Positions 27,880 through 37,459 are shown, counted from the first letter of the stretch. The stretch is DNA of 64,000 nt from an uncultured Gemmatimonadales bacterium (GCA_963828735.1 CAWHFW010000005.1:1696001-1760000); one strand, 5' to 3'. The notes: a model not told the origin generated them from the letters alone. Made by a program: numbers and translations.

Positions 27880-30528
27880 TCAGAACGTCGCCGTGATGCC
27901 TCCGAGGACCCGCCGGCCGATCACACTTCCGCCGTAGAGCTGAAACCGCTTCTCGTCGAACAGGTTCGTTGCGGTCGCGTGAATCCGGACATAGTTGTTG
28001 AACCGGTAGCCGGCGCTCACGTTCACGAACTCGTTCGAGGGCACGTAGCCCTGAAACAGGCCCGCTGCCCACTGGTAGCCGTCCACGAGCCGCACCGTCA
28101 CGTTCCCGTCGATGCCCTGCTGCCCGGCGTAGGTCAGCGAGAAGGTGGCCTTCTTGCTCGGCGTGTTGGGAAGCAGCTGGTCGCCCACCTGCTGCGAGTT
28201 CACCGTGAAGTCGAACCCGGTGAACGATGCGTCGCCGCGGATCTCGGGTGTGAACTGATACCCCACGCCGAGCTCGAAGCCCCGCTCGGTCACGCTGCCG
28301 GCGTTGGTGTACGACAGCACGAGCGCGCGGCTCCCGTCGGGCAGGGTGGCGAGCGCGTTGGCGCCCTGGATCTGCGTACCCGCGCCGAGCTGCGCATAGC
28401 CACCGAGCAACACGGGGATCGGCGCGCGGAGCGCCGCCGCCTGCTGGGCGCTGATCGCGCCCTGCGACTGCAGGAACTGGATGCGCTGATCGATCGCCGT
28501 GAGCTCGGCGGACACATCCACGCCATCCGTGAGCGCGAACGCCGGATAGGCCGGGTTCACGCCGGGCAGGAGATCGGTGACGAAGTCCTTCAGCTCGTTG
28601 AGGTAGAAGTCGGCGGTGACGTACGCCTTGTTCGACAGGCTGCCCTTGTAGCCGAACTCCCACCCGGTCACCTTCTCGACTTTGAGATCCGCGTTGCCCA
28701 GCGCCAGCGCCGGGGTCGCCGCCGAGAAGTTCCACGGCAGGTCGTCGGTGATCGTGAGGCCGGCGAGCGCCGCCGCCGGCAGGTTCTGCCGCAGGGCGGC
28801 GTAGTAGTTCTGGATGCCGCCCTCGAGCGTGGCGGGGCTCGCGCTCGGCGCCGCTACCGGCACCTGCAGAAAGAACTCCGAGTAGTTCGGCGTCTGGAAC
28901 GCGCGATTCACCGAGACGCGGAACGAGTGATTCTCGCTCGGGCTGTAGACCAGCGCCGCCTTGGGCGAGAACTGGGTGTCGAACAGGTCGCCGTCGTCGA
29001 CCCGGCCCGCGACCACCGCGCGGAGCTCCGGCAGCAGCTTGTACTCGACCTGGCCGTAGACCGAGCCGGTGTTGTCGCTCCGGTCGTCGTTGGCCGGGTT
29101 CATGAGCGTCCCGTTCGTGTTCACGCGCGTGTTCCGGAACGACGCGCCGCCCACCACGCGGCCGCGCTCCTGCATGAAGTTCCAGTTGGTCTGGCCCTCG
29201 AGGTGGAAGATGTCGCTCCGCTCCTCGATATCGAGGCCGGACTGGAGCGAGACCTGCGGATCGATCGAGGTGCGGCTGTTCCAGTAGGCGAAGACGTTGT
29301 AGCGGTCCGCCGCCATCGCGATCCGGGCGTAGGGCTTGATGGCCTTGGCCACCTGGACGCGGCCGATGCCGGTCACGAAAATCTCGTTCTGCACCTGGGA
29401 CGCGCCCCCGTCCACCGAGAGAACGGAGCCGTTGTCGAGGTAGTAGTCGAGCCGGCCGGACCCGTACGCGTTCTTGAGCGGGTCGCGGTCGCCCAGGGCC
29501 TCGCCACTCACGGGATCGGGCGTCTGGCCGAACAGCGCGCGCGCCTCGCGGGTGAGCCCGACCGACTCGTCCGTGGCGTCGGCGTACTCGCGCTGGAGCG
29601 ACGTCCCGTCGTTCAGTGTCCGGCTGCGCGAGTACGTGTCGCTCCGGTTGTACCCCGCGTTGAAGCGGAAGCCCAGTCGGTCGTTGGCGAAGACACTGGC
29701 GTGGCGGAGGTCTCCGCGGAAGGTCTCCAGCTCGCCGCCCGCGAGGGTGAGCTTGGTGCCGAGCACCTCGCGCGCCGTCGGCGTCGTGATGTTGATGACG
29801 CCGCTGAAGGCGTTGGCGCCGTAGAGCGCCGAGCCCGGCCCGCGCACCATCTCGACCTTACCCAGGTCCTCGAGCGGCTGCGTCATCCCGTTCCACTCCT
29901 GGGAGCCGAGGAACGCGATGGCCAGGTCGCGTCCATCCTGCAGCACGAGCACCCGGCGGTTGAGCGACGAGTTGAAGCCGCGCGCGTTCACGTTGAAGTC
30001 GTTGACGCCGCTCTGCACCACGTCCACGCCCGGCACGGTCTGCAGCGCCATGGGGGCCTGGCCGGTGATCGAGGTGTTCTGGAGCACCTCCGGCGGCACC
30101 ACCGACACCGCCGCCGGCGCCTCGACGATGCGCTCCGGCGCGCGCGAGGCACCCTCGACCACGATCTCGCTCAGCGCGATGGTCACCTGCTCCATGGCCG
30201 CATCGGCGGTCACCGTGCCGCCCGCCTGCACCAGCACGCTCACCTGGTCTGGCTTGTAGCCGAGCCAGCGGAAGACGATCGTCTGCGGCCCGGCGGGCAC
30301 GCGCCGGAGCGTGTATTTGCCGTCCGCGGCGGTCACGGTGCTCTGGCCGGTCGCCTGGACCGTCACCGACACGCTGCTCAGCGCGGCGGTCTCGCCGCTT
30401 CGGGTCACGGTGCCGGTGACGGTCCCGGTCTCCTGGGCGGCCGCGATGGCGGGAGGGACCAGTGCGCCGAAGAGCGCGCAGCAGGATGTGAGGAGGGTGG
30501 ACAACACGGCCGACGAAGCTCGGCGCAT
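27880..30528 (-). CDS. TonB-dependent receptor with N-terminal carboxypeptidase-regulatory-like domain
   Basis: Signal peptide, plug NARGFNS..VLQDGR, EMVRGPGSALYGANA, NLFD, terminal Phe. Confidence 0.93.
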   Translation of the reverse strand: MRRASSAVLSTLLTSCCALFGALVPPAIAAAQETGTVTGTVTRSGETAALSSVSVTVQATGQSTVTAADGKYTLRRVPAGPQTIVFRWLGYKPDQVSVLVQAGGTVTADAAMEQVTIALSEIVVEGASRAPERIVEAPAAVSVVPPEVLQNTSITGQAPMALQTVPGVDVVQSGVNDFNVNARGFNSSLNRRVLVLQDGRDLAIAFLGSQEWNGMTQPLEDLGKVEMVRGPGSALYGANAFSGVINITTPTAREVLGTKLTLAGGELETFRGDLRHASVFANDRLGFRFNAGYNRSDTYSRSRTLNDGTSLQREYADATDESVGLTREARALFGQTPDPVSGEALGDRDPLKNAYGSGRLDYYLDNGSVLSVDGGASQVQNEIFVTGIGRVQVAKAIKPYARIAMAADRYNVFAYWNSRTSIDPQVSLQSGLDIEERSDIFHLEGQTNWNFMQERGRVVGGASFRNTRVNTNGTLMNPANDDRSDNTGSVYGQVEYKLLPELRAVVAGRVDDGDLFDTQFSPKAALVYSPSENHSFRVSVNRAFQTPNYSEFFLQVPVAAPSASPATLEGGIQNYYAALRQNLPAAALAGLTITDDLPWNFSAATPALALGNADLKVEKVTGWEFGYKGSLSNKAYVTADFYLNELKDFVTDLLPGVNPAYPAFALTDGVDVSAELTAIDQRIQFLQSQGAISAQQAAALRAPIPVLLGGYAQLGAGTQIQGANALATLPDGSRALVLSYTNAGSVTERGFELGVGYQFTPEIRGDASFTGFDFTVNSQQVGDQLLPNTPSKKATFSLTYAGQQGIDGNVTVRLVDGYQWAAGLFQGYVPSNEFVNVSAGYRFNNYVRIHATATNLFDEKRFQLYGGSVIGRRVLGGITATF

Positions 30529-30669
30529 ACCGATGGTCCTCGTTGGATGGGTGGTGCGGATGCGCCTGCGCCAGCGGCGCCGCGCGGGAATTGCCTGCGT
30601 ATCGGAGTGAGAGGGGTAGTGAAAGTATATGGCGGGCGGCCCCGAAGCGGAACGGGGCGGCGTCGCAGG

Positions 30670-32373
30670 CTAGGCCCGCGACGCCTCGGCGTCCGTGCGA
30701 CGCGGCCCGCCCGGCGCCGGCCAGCCGAACTGTCCCTCCACGGCGCTCACCTCCGCGGACACGCGCGCGGCGTCCCACCCGAGCTCGGCCGCCATGACCC
30801 GCGCGGCCGCGACCAGCGCCTGCTCACCGGGGTGACCGGCGGCCCCGAGCGCCGTCCGACGAAGCACGCTGTCGCCGAGCGTACGGGCCATCTCGTGTCG
30901 TACCGCGTGCACGACCTCAGCCTCGAGGGTGCCGGATCCGGGGATGATCGCGTCATCCGTCGCCGGCATGAGCTCGACCACCTCGCGATACGCGGAGCCG
31001 TGGTCGCGAGCCAGCCGGGATGCGACCTCCGGCGCGACGCGTGAGGAGAGGGCGCGCACCGCGGCGTCGACGTGTTGCGCCACGTTCGGCACGTCTCCGC
31101 CGTAGAGCGGAGTCTCGGCCGTGCGGCAGGTCGGCGGCTGCGCGCCCCGCTTGCCGAACACCATGTCCACGGTCCGTTCCGCCACCCCGCGCGCGGTCGT
31201 CAGTCGGTTGGCAACGACGGTGATGAGCCCCTCCAGCCGATCCGTGTCCGCATTGTCGATCACGAGCGCCCGCTTGCCGAAGCTCACGTTCGCCTCGCGG
31301 AGCCCGTCGCTCTCGATCGGCAGCAGCCCGGCGTAGACGGCAGCCACATCCGACGCCTCGATCTCATACCACGGCACGGCTTCACCGATCTCGCGGAGGA
31401 ACGTCTCGACCTCCTCGCCGGTCGTTGCCAGGTCGTAGGGATTCCCGCCGTAGATGATGCTGTGGACGCCGATCAGAGTGACGCCGCGCCAGGGGCAGAG
31501 GAACAGGTGGCGGGCCCCGCGGCTGAGCCAGGCGTCGGGATCGCGGTGAACGGTCTGGATGGCGAGGGCCGAGTCCCGGAGCAGCGGTCGCCGGATCACG
31601 AGGGCCATGTCGCGCGATAGCGGCTGGGTGCGGGCTGGACGGAGGCCGGCATCGACGTAAAGCTGCTCCGCGAACGGCCCCGTGGCGTTCACCACGACGC
31701 TCGCGCGCACCTCGAAGCGCTCGCCGCTCAGGCGATCCTCCACCTCCACGCCGAGCACCCGTCCGTCGCGGCGAAGGAGCCCGCGGACCTCACAGTAGTT
31801 GGCGGCGACGGCGCCGGCGCGCACCGCGGAGCGTACGAAGGCCCAGACGAGCCGGGGCGGATGATTGACCTGGCCGTCCCAGAACACGCCCGCGCCATCG
31901 AGCGGCCCCGGGAACCCGGGACACCGCTCGAGGGCGTCGGCGCGAGAGATGAGCCGCGCGGGCGGAATTTGGCGGTCGGGGTCGGGGAGACCGCGGTTGC
32001 GGTCCAGCGTCATCGTATTGAGGAGCGTGAACGCGGCGGCCAGCGCGTGCTTCCCGCGTAGGCCGTAGCCCTCGGTGGGCACCACCACCGGCAGCGGCTG
32101 CACGACGTGCGGGGCGATGCGGAGCAGCGCCCGCCGCTCCCGGCTCGACTGCCGGACCCGCGTGATGTCGAGATGCTGGAGGTAGCGGATCCCGCCGTGG
32201 ACGATCTTGAGCGAATTGGCGGAGGTCGCCCCACCGAAGTCGGCCCGCTCGACCAGAGCCACCGACAGGCCGCGCTGTGTCGCGTCCCACGCGATGGCGG
32301 CACCGCAAATGCCGCCCCCCACCACGACGACATCAAAGGTGCCCGCGGCGAGCGCAGCCGGGTCACGACTCAT
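30670..32373 (-). CDS. glpD: FAD-dependent glycerol-3-phosphate dehydrogenase/oxidase family protein
   Basis: VVGGGICG, DFGGATSANSLKIVHGGIRYL, VNATGP, EMARTL.D..RRT. Substrate not certain. Confidence 0.8.
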   Translation of the reverse strand: MSRDPAALAAGTFDVVVVGGGICGAAIAWDATQRGLSVALVERADFGGATSANSLKIVHGGIRYLQHLDITRVRQSSRERRALLRIAPHVVQPLPVVVPTEGYGLRGKHALAAAFTLLNTMTLDRNRGLPDPDRQIPPARLISRADALERCPGFPGPLDGAGVFWDGQVNHPPRLVWAFVRSAVRAGAVAANYCEVRGLLRRDGRVLGVEVEDRLSGERFEVRASVVVNATGPFAEQLYVDAGLRPARTQPLSRDMALVIRRPLLRDSALAIQTVHRDPDAWLSRGARHLFLCPWRGVTLIGVHSIIYGGNPYDLATTGEEVETFLREIGEAVPWYEIEASDVAAVYAGLLPIESDGLREANVSFGKRALVIDNADTDRLEGLITVVANRLTTARGVAERTVDMVFGKRGAQPPTCRTAETPLYGGDVPNVAQHVDAAVRALSSRVAPEVASRLARDHGSAYREVVELMPATDDAIIPGSGTLEAEVVHAVRHEMARTLGDSVLRRTALGAAGHPGEQALVAAARVMAAELGWDAARVSAEVSAVEGQFGWPAPGGPRRTDAEASRA

Positions 32374-32699
32374 GCATCACTCCGGTGTATTGGCCGTTCG
32401 CCAGCGTTGTGACGAACCGCATGCCGGGGCTTGCCGGGCGTGTCATTCGGGCCCGAACACCCCGAGGTGAAGGACGTTCTCAGAACGGTTGAAGCCCCGA
32501 CGACCCTGACGCGAGAGGATCGCGGACGCGGTGACCACCGACCTGACGGTGCCACGGGCCCGAAATCTACCCGGCATCAGGCCCGTCGAGGGAGTCGGTC
32601 CACGCGATCGCAGGCCGAGCGCGCCGGCCTCCTGCAAACGGCGTTCCCGGCATGCCGGGTAGGAAGCAGCCGGCGCTGCTGGAGGGCGGCATGGTCGCG

Positions 32700-32810
32700 A
32701 ACGCCGACCCAAGCCCCGGCGCGCCAGGCTATCGCGGCTCCCCAGCTGCCACCGCCCACAAGAACTACCTCGAACGTGCGGCCGATCAGCGCCGCCAGAT
32801 CCCTGGTCAC
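32700..32810 (-). pseudogene. Degraded 5' relic of a second glpD-like gene
   Basis: MTRDLAALIGRTFEVVLVGGGSWGAAIAW aligns with the neighbouring GlpD N-terminus and continues as ARRGL in another frame. Confidence 0.7.
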
Positions 32811-33220
32811 GTGCTACTCCCGAATGCCTTGACGCGCGGCAGAGCGTGAGCGACGAACGCCGACGCCGCCAGGGTCTCAAGCACGCGACCCGCGAGCGGT
32901 ACGGTCGAGCTGCCCCTCAACGTGCTGCTCAGTGCGACCAACAGGATGCCGGCGTTGAGCACCCAGAATGTCGCCCATGGAAGCCACGCGTTGCCGCGCT
33001 CGCTCCCCGTGCGAAAGCGCGGCAGGATCCAGTACGCCACTCCAATGACCAGCTGCACCGTCCAGCCGAACAGCAGCACCTCAGCGTGGACCGGACGGAG
33101 CCATGTCACCCAGGGGCCGTCGGCCAGCTCACGCCCCGCGAGGAGCACGGCGCCGAGCGTGATACCGACGGCCAGATAGATGAGCGAGGTCCGGATGAGC
33201 CAGACGCTGAGTCGCGGCAG
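32807..33220 (-). CDS. NnrS/heme-copper-oxidase-like 4-TM membrane protein (paralog 2), probable CTG start
   Basis: (M)PRLSVWLIRTSLIYL...HAEVLLFGW..Q...GVAYWILP mirrors paralog 1. AAGGAG lies 6 nt before CTG 33220. Confidence 0.7.
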   Translation of the reverse strand: MPRLSVWLIRTSLIYLAVGITLGAVLLAGRELADGPWVTWLRPVHAEVLLFGWTVQLVIGVAYWILPRFRTGSERGNAWLPWATFWVLNAGILLVALSSTLRGSSTVPLAGRVLETLAASAFVAHALPRVKAFGSST

Positions 33221-33634
33221 CTAGCGCTCCTTGATCCGGGGCCAGGTATTGACGACGAAGCCCCACCCCGCGAGCAGCTGGAGCAGGGCGGACGCCGCCA
33301 GCACGCCTCCCGTGCTCTGACCGAGCGCGTGCAGCGGTTCGCCGGCGGCTCGAAGCAGGAGCCCGATGTTGAGCGATGCAAGCGTCACCCATCCGAGACG
33401 CTCGCTACCCCGAGGTCGCTCCGCGGAGTAGCGGGGAAACATCCAGTAGGCGACGCCGAAGATGACCTGGGTGATCCAGCCGACGACGAGCAGGTGGAGC
33501 CAGGTCGGATAGACGACCGCGACCACGGGATACTCGGCGCGGAGGTCCGGCGACTGGAGCAGGACGCCCAGCACCAGCGCGCCGCCAAGGTGAATCATGG
33601 CGGCGCGCAGGTACCAACGGGTCAGGGACGGCAC
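33221..33634 (-). CDS. NnrS/heme-copper-oxidase-like 4-TM membrane protein (paralog 1)
   Basis: MPSLTRWYLRAAMIHL...HLLVVGWITQVIFGVAYWMFP. Confidence 0.75.
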   Translation of the reverse strand: MPSLTRWYLRAAMIHLGGALVLGVLLQSPDLRAEYPVVAVVYPTWLHLLVVGWITQVIFGVAYWMFPRYSAERPRGSERLGWVTLASLNIGLLLRAAGEPLHALGQSTGGVLAASALLQLLAGWGFVVNTWPRIKER

Positions 33635-33640
33635 TTCAGA

Positions 33641-34699
33641 TCAAACGGTCGCCGGCTGCACCACGAGCGCCGTCACCATCCCGAACATCCCGTGCTCGGA
33701 TTCGGCGTGCGGCAGGATGTGGCAGTGGAAGGCCCAGGTGCCAGGGTTGGTGGCTTTCACCAGCACGTCCCACCGCTCGCCCGGCGCGATGTTGAGCGTG
33801 TCGCACTTCCACGGCGCCGGCTGGTCCCACCCGTCCTTGGCGATCACGGTCATGTGCATCCCGTGCAGGTGCATGGGGTGGATCAGCATCCCCTCGTTCA
33901 TGAACCGGATGCGCACGGTCTGGCCCATCTTGCAGACCACCGGCTCCGTGGCCGGAAAGCCCTTGCCGTTCAGTGTATAGCCGTGCGCGCCGTCGTTCAG
34001 CACCATCACGTAGTCCACGTCTGCCCGGTGCGCGGGGAGCGGCCGCTTCGGCTCGACGATGAACGCGCCCAGCAGCCCGTTGCCGACCTGGATCGCGGCG
34101 TTGTGATGCGAGTGATACATGTGCGAGCCGGCGTTGGGCACCGTGAACTCGTACGTGTAGCTCTCGCCCGGCTTGACCGGCGGCTGGGTGATGTACGGGA
34201 CCCCGTCCTGATCATTGGGCAGCTCGAGCCCATGGAAGTGGATCGACGTGGACTGTGAGAGCTTGTTGATCAGCTTCACGCGCACCCGATCGCCTTCCCG
34301 CACCCGGATCTGCGGCCCCGGCACCTGCCGGTTGTACGTCCACGCCCGGGCCTTCCGGCCCGGCTCGACTTCCCAGTCGATCTCCTCGGCGGAGAGCTCG
34401 TAGACCTTCACGCCTTTCTCGAGCCGCGGCTCGAGCAGCTGGTTGCCCTTGCCCTCGGTCTTGGCCGGAAACGCCTTTATTCCCTTCTCGTGCATGGCGT
34501 CCATCGCGTCGGCCTTCTGCCGAGGCGTGGACTCCGGCGGCGGGGCAGCCACCTTGGTGGTATCAGCCGGAGGGGCGGCGGCCTTGGTGTCGGCACATCC
34601 ACCCAGGCCGACCACAGCCGGGATGGCCACGGCGACGGCGCCCTTCTTCAGGAAGGCGCGGCGTGAAGTCGGATGGACCAGCGAGGAATGGTCGGACAC
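33641..34699 (-). CDS. Tat-exported two-domain multicopper oxidase (small-laccase type)
   Basis: SRRAFLK twin-arginine motif, LGGC lipobox, HFHG, MYHSH, HPMHLHG, HCHILPH....GM. Confidence 0.88.
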   Translation of the reverse strand: MSDHSSLVHPTSRRAFLKKGAVAVAIPAVVGLGGCADTKAAAPPADTTKVAAPPPESTPRQKADAMDAMHEKGIKAFPAKTEGKGNQLLEPRLEKGVKVYELSAEEIDWEVEPGRKARAWTYNRQVPGPQIRVREGDRVRVKLINKLSQSTSIHFHGLELPNDQDGVPYITQPPVKPGESYTYEFTVPNAGSHMYHSHHNAAIQVGNGLLGAFIVEPKRPLPAHRADVDYVMVLNDGAHGYTLNGKGFPATEPVVCKMGQTVRIRFMNEGMLIHPMHLHGMHMTVIAKDGWDQPAPWKCDTLNIAPGERWDVLVKATNPGTWAFHCHILPHAESEHGMFGMVTALVVQPATV

Positions 34700-34744
34700 G
34701 GCATGCTCCGGTTCGGGTCGCTACCACATCGAGAACGCGCGCCC

Positions 34745-34788
34745 AGTCTAGCGTGCTCTCCGTGAAGTCGGTGTGGGGGGATCCTGAA
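34745..34788 (-). promoter_or_regulatory. TTCA-repeat promoter of the two-domain MCO operon
   Basis: Minus strand: TTCA-N7-CCCA-N7-TTCA-N12-TAGACT. Confidence 0.6.
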
Positions 34789-34795
34789 GGTTTCT

Positions 34796-35797
34796 TCAGG
34801 CTCCGTGCGGAGTCAGCACCGCGGCGCCGAGCACCCGGCCCGACCGGACCCGATCCAGTGCGTCGTTCGCGGCGGCGAGCGGCATGGACTCGGTCGCGAT
34901 CTCGAGCGGGACCTCGGCCGCGATCCTGAGGAAGGTCTCCCCGTCGGCCCGGGTGAGGTTGGCGACCGAGCGCACCCGTCGCTCGCCCCAGAGCAGGTCG
35001 TACGAGAAGGAGGGGATCGGCGACATGTGAATGCCGGCGCAGACGACCGTGCCGCCCTTGTCGGTTGCCGAGAGGGCGGCCGGGACGAGCGCGCCCACGG
35101 GCGCGAAGATGATCGCGGCGTCGAGCGGCTCCGGGGGCCGCTCGTCGGAGCCACCCGCCCACTCGGCGCCGAGCTCGCGCGCGAAGCGCTGGCCGTCGGT
35201 GTCGCCTGGGCGGGTAAACGCGAAGACCCTCCGACCCTGGTGTCGCGCCACCTGCGTGATGATGTGCGCCGCCGCGCCGAAGCCGTAGATGCCGACGCGC
35301 TCGGCGTCACCGGTAGCGGCGAGCGAGCGGTAGCCGATGAGTCCGGCGCAGAGGAGCGGCGCCGCGTGCACCGCGTCGTAGGAGGAGGGAATCAGGAAGC
35401 AGTAGCGCTCGTCGGCCACGACGAACTCAGCGTAGCCGCCGTCGTGGTCATAGCCGGTGAAGCGGGCTCGGTCGCACAAATTCTCGCGCCCCGAGCGACA
35501 GAAGCGGCAGACGCCGCAGGTCCATCCGAGCCACGGCACGCCGACCAAGGTGCCCGGCTCGAAACGACGCGCGCCCTCGCCCGATCCCACAATCGCGCCC
35601 ACGATCTCATGACCCGGCACGAGCGGCAGCTTGGGGCGCGACAGCTCGCCGTCCACGATGTGGAGGTCGGTGCGGCAGACGGCGCACGCGCGCACCTCGA
35701 GCAACACCTGCCCCGGCCCGGGTTCCGGTCGGGGCACGTCGGTGATGTGGAGCGGTTGCCCGGGCGTGTGGAAGAGCGCGGCGCGCATGGTTGACAT
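34796..35797 (-). CDS. Zinc-dependent alcohol dehydrogenase (AdhP-like)
   Basis: CRTDLH, GHEIVG, CGVCRFC...ENLC, PLLCAGLIG, GIYGFGAAA. Confidence 0.93.
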   Translation of the reverse strand: MSTMRAALFHTPGQPLHITDVPRPEPGPGQVLLEVRACAVCRTDLHIVDGELSRPKLPLVPGHEIVGAIVGSGEGARRFEPGTLVGVPWLGWTCGVCRFCRSGRENLCDRARFTGYDHDGGYAEFVVADERYCFLIPSSYDAVHAAPLLCAGLIGYRSLAATGDAERVGIYGFGAAAHIITQVARHQGRRVFAFTRPGDTDGQRFARELGAEWAGGSDERPPEPLDAAIIFAPVGALVPAALSATDKGGTVVCAGIHMSPIPSFSYDLLWGERRVRSVANLTRADGETFLRIAAEVPLEIATESMPLAAANDALDRVRSGRVLGAAVLTPHGA

Positions 35798-35849
35798 GTG
35801 GGAAGATATCAGCAACCCTGCCACGCACCCGATCGGGGAGGAGATGGAC

Positions 35850-36329
35850 TCAGTCGCCTTGCGGGCCTGCCGGCAGGGCACCGGCGGCCGAGCGAATCTC
35901 ATCGTGGCGGATCTGTCCGCCGGACCAGGCGGTCCAGCCGATCAGCAACGAGGTTGCGGCGAGCGCCCCCCAGACAGCCCGCGGGAGCCAGGGTCCACTC
36001 CAGGCCTTGGCTCGAAGGGCAAGTGCGGCGGCCGCCAGGCCGCCCGTCACGAGCGCGGCCACCAGGCTCACGAGTGCCTGCTCCTCGTGGGCTTCGATGA
36101 GTGTCTTGGAAACCCACGGGGCGCGCTCGATCAGCTCCTCCGCCGGCTCACCGGTCAGGTAGATGAGCGCGGTCGCCGCTGCGAGCCCAATGACCAGCGT
36201 CAGAGACACGGTGGTCAATTCGCGGGAGCCGCGCAGGAGTCCAATCGTCAGCAGCAGCAGCAGGAGCGGCGTCCCGATCACCGGGACGTGATTCAGCATG
36301 AGATGAAGATGCGCGGCGTCGATGCCCAT
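35850..36329 (-). CDS. DUF2231-like heme-binding membrane protein
   Basis: HLHLMLNHVP, TGE.AEE, HEE, GGQIRH, 4 TM helices. Confidence 0.7.
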   Translation of the reverse strand: MGIDAAHLHLMLNHVPVIGTPLLLLLLTIGLLRGSRELTTVSLTLVIGLAAATALIYLTGEPAEELIERAPWVSKTLIEAHEEQALVSLVAALVTGGLAAAALALRAKAWSGPWLPRAVWGALAATSLLIGWTAWSGGQIRHDEIRSAAGALPAGPQGD

Positions 36330-36411
36330 GGGAGATCACCAGGTTCAGCCTCGAGTGGGGCGAGAGGAGATTGCCGTCCAACGGTGACGAAGCGGCAACC
36401 CCCTCGCATTT

Positions 36412-36813
36412 TCACAGCCTGCCGGTGGCGACCGCGCGGACAATGTCCGTCGTGGAGATGATGCCGACAACATGGTCGCCCTCGGCTACGAAGAGCCGGT
36501 GCACCTCGGCGTAGAGCATCTGGCGCGCGGCTTCACGAAGGTCTTCGCCCGGCGCGATGGTGAACGGGCGCGGAGTCATGATGTCCCGTACCGGCGTATT
36601 CTCCAACAGGGACTCGCGGGCGGCGCGATCATCTGCCTCGGCTTCCGCGGTCAGCACGTCGGTGGTCGAAAGGACGCCGATGACTCTTCCGGTGCCATCC
36701 ACCACCGGCATGCCCGAAATGTGCTCGTCCGCCAGAGCGACAATAGCCTCGGCGAGGCTGGCTTCGCTCGGTACCGACTTGACGTTGCGCTGCATGAGTT
36801 CGGCGACCGTCAT
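36412..36813 (-). CDS. CBS-domain protein
   Basis: GAGGA RBS, two CBS repeats (ISGMPVVD..GVLSTTD; VHRLFV..GIISTTD). Confidence 0.9.
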   Translation of the reverse strand: MTVAELMQRNVKSVPSEASLAEAIVALADEHISGMPVVDGTGRVIGVLSTTDVLTAEAEADDRAARESLLENTPVRDIMTPRPFTIAPGEDLREAARQMLYAEVHRLFVAEGDHVVGIISTTDIVRAVATGRL

Positions 36814-36840
36814 GGTATCCTCACGGTGGAGGTCACGCAC

Positions 36841-36884
36841 AACATGCGGTGGGACGGCTGAATCCAGCGTGAAGGACGCATGAA
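36841..36884 (-). promoter_or_regulatory. TTCA-repeat promoter of the CBS gene
   Basis: Minus strand: TTCA-N7-TTCA-N7-TTCA-N12-CATGTT. Confidence 0.7.
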
Positions 36885-36955
36885 ACGACCTTCCCAGATC
36901 CGCGCGCGGGATGACACCCCTCTTTCGAAACTCCCACTCGTCGAGGATCTGGGGC

Positions 36956-36982
36956 AACAAAAACCCGGGTGGGAACCCGGGC
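36956..36982 (-). terminator. Intrinsic terminator after hsp20
   Basis: Minus strand CCCGGGT-TCCC-ACCCGGG followed by TTTTTGTT. Confidence 0.7.
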
Positions 36983-37003
36983 TACTGAGGGGAGCAGTGG
37001 GAC

Positions 37004-37459
37004 TTACTTGATCAGGATCTTGGTCGCGGCCAGTGGCGTCTCCTTGGGGAGATGCAGCACCAGCAGGCCATCCCGATACTCGGCCGCCACCTTCTTCTCG
37101 GCCACCGGCTTGGACAGGCGGATCGTGCGGACAAACTTCCCGATCGCGCGCTCCTTCACCAGATAGCCTTCGCCCTCGAACTCTGGAGCGAACTCCCTCG
37201 TGCCGGTGATGATCAGCAACTCACCGGTGAGGTTGACGTCCAGGTTCTCCTTGTGGATGCCGGGCACCTCGAGGCGGACCACATACTCCGTGGGGGTCTC
37301 GATCATGTCCATCACCGGGATCCACTCCGCCCCCGTGGTCTCGAACGGGAATGGCGGCACCGGCTCCGTCAGGAACCGCGGGACCAGCAGTCGATCGAAC
37401 ACCCGATCGAACTCCTCGCCCAGCTTCCCCACCATGGGGTTCCGCAGTGCAACTCGCAT
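37004..37459 (-). CDS. Hsp20/alpha-crystallin small heat-shock protein
   Basis: AGGAGG RBS, EVPGIHKE, ERAIGKFVRTIRL, AEYRDGLLVLHLPK. Confidence 0.92.
   Translation of the reverse strand: MRVALRNPMVGKLGEEFDRVFDRLLVPRFLTEPVPPFPFETTGAEWIPVMDMIETPTEYVVRLEVPGIHKENLDVNLTGELLIITGTREFAPEFEGEGYLVKERAIGKFVRTIRLSKPVAEKKVAAEYRDGLLVLHLPKETPLAATKILIK

Noticed and set aside
27979..31044. 1021-aa plus-strand ORF
   Set aside because: Antisense shadow of the TonB receptor and glpD, with no motifs; typical of high-GC DNA.
33221..33223. Pyrrolysine recoding of the in-frame TAG
   Set aside because: No pyl genes in view; a good SD and paralog-aligned N-terminus favour independent initiation.
33641..34699. Copper nitrite reductase (nirK) call
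   Set aside because: It has HxH trinuclear motifs in both domains and the T1 Cys in domain 2, unlike NirK (T1 in domain 1, YHC motif).
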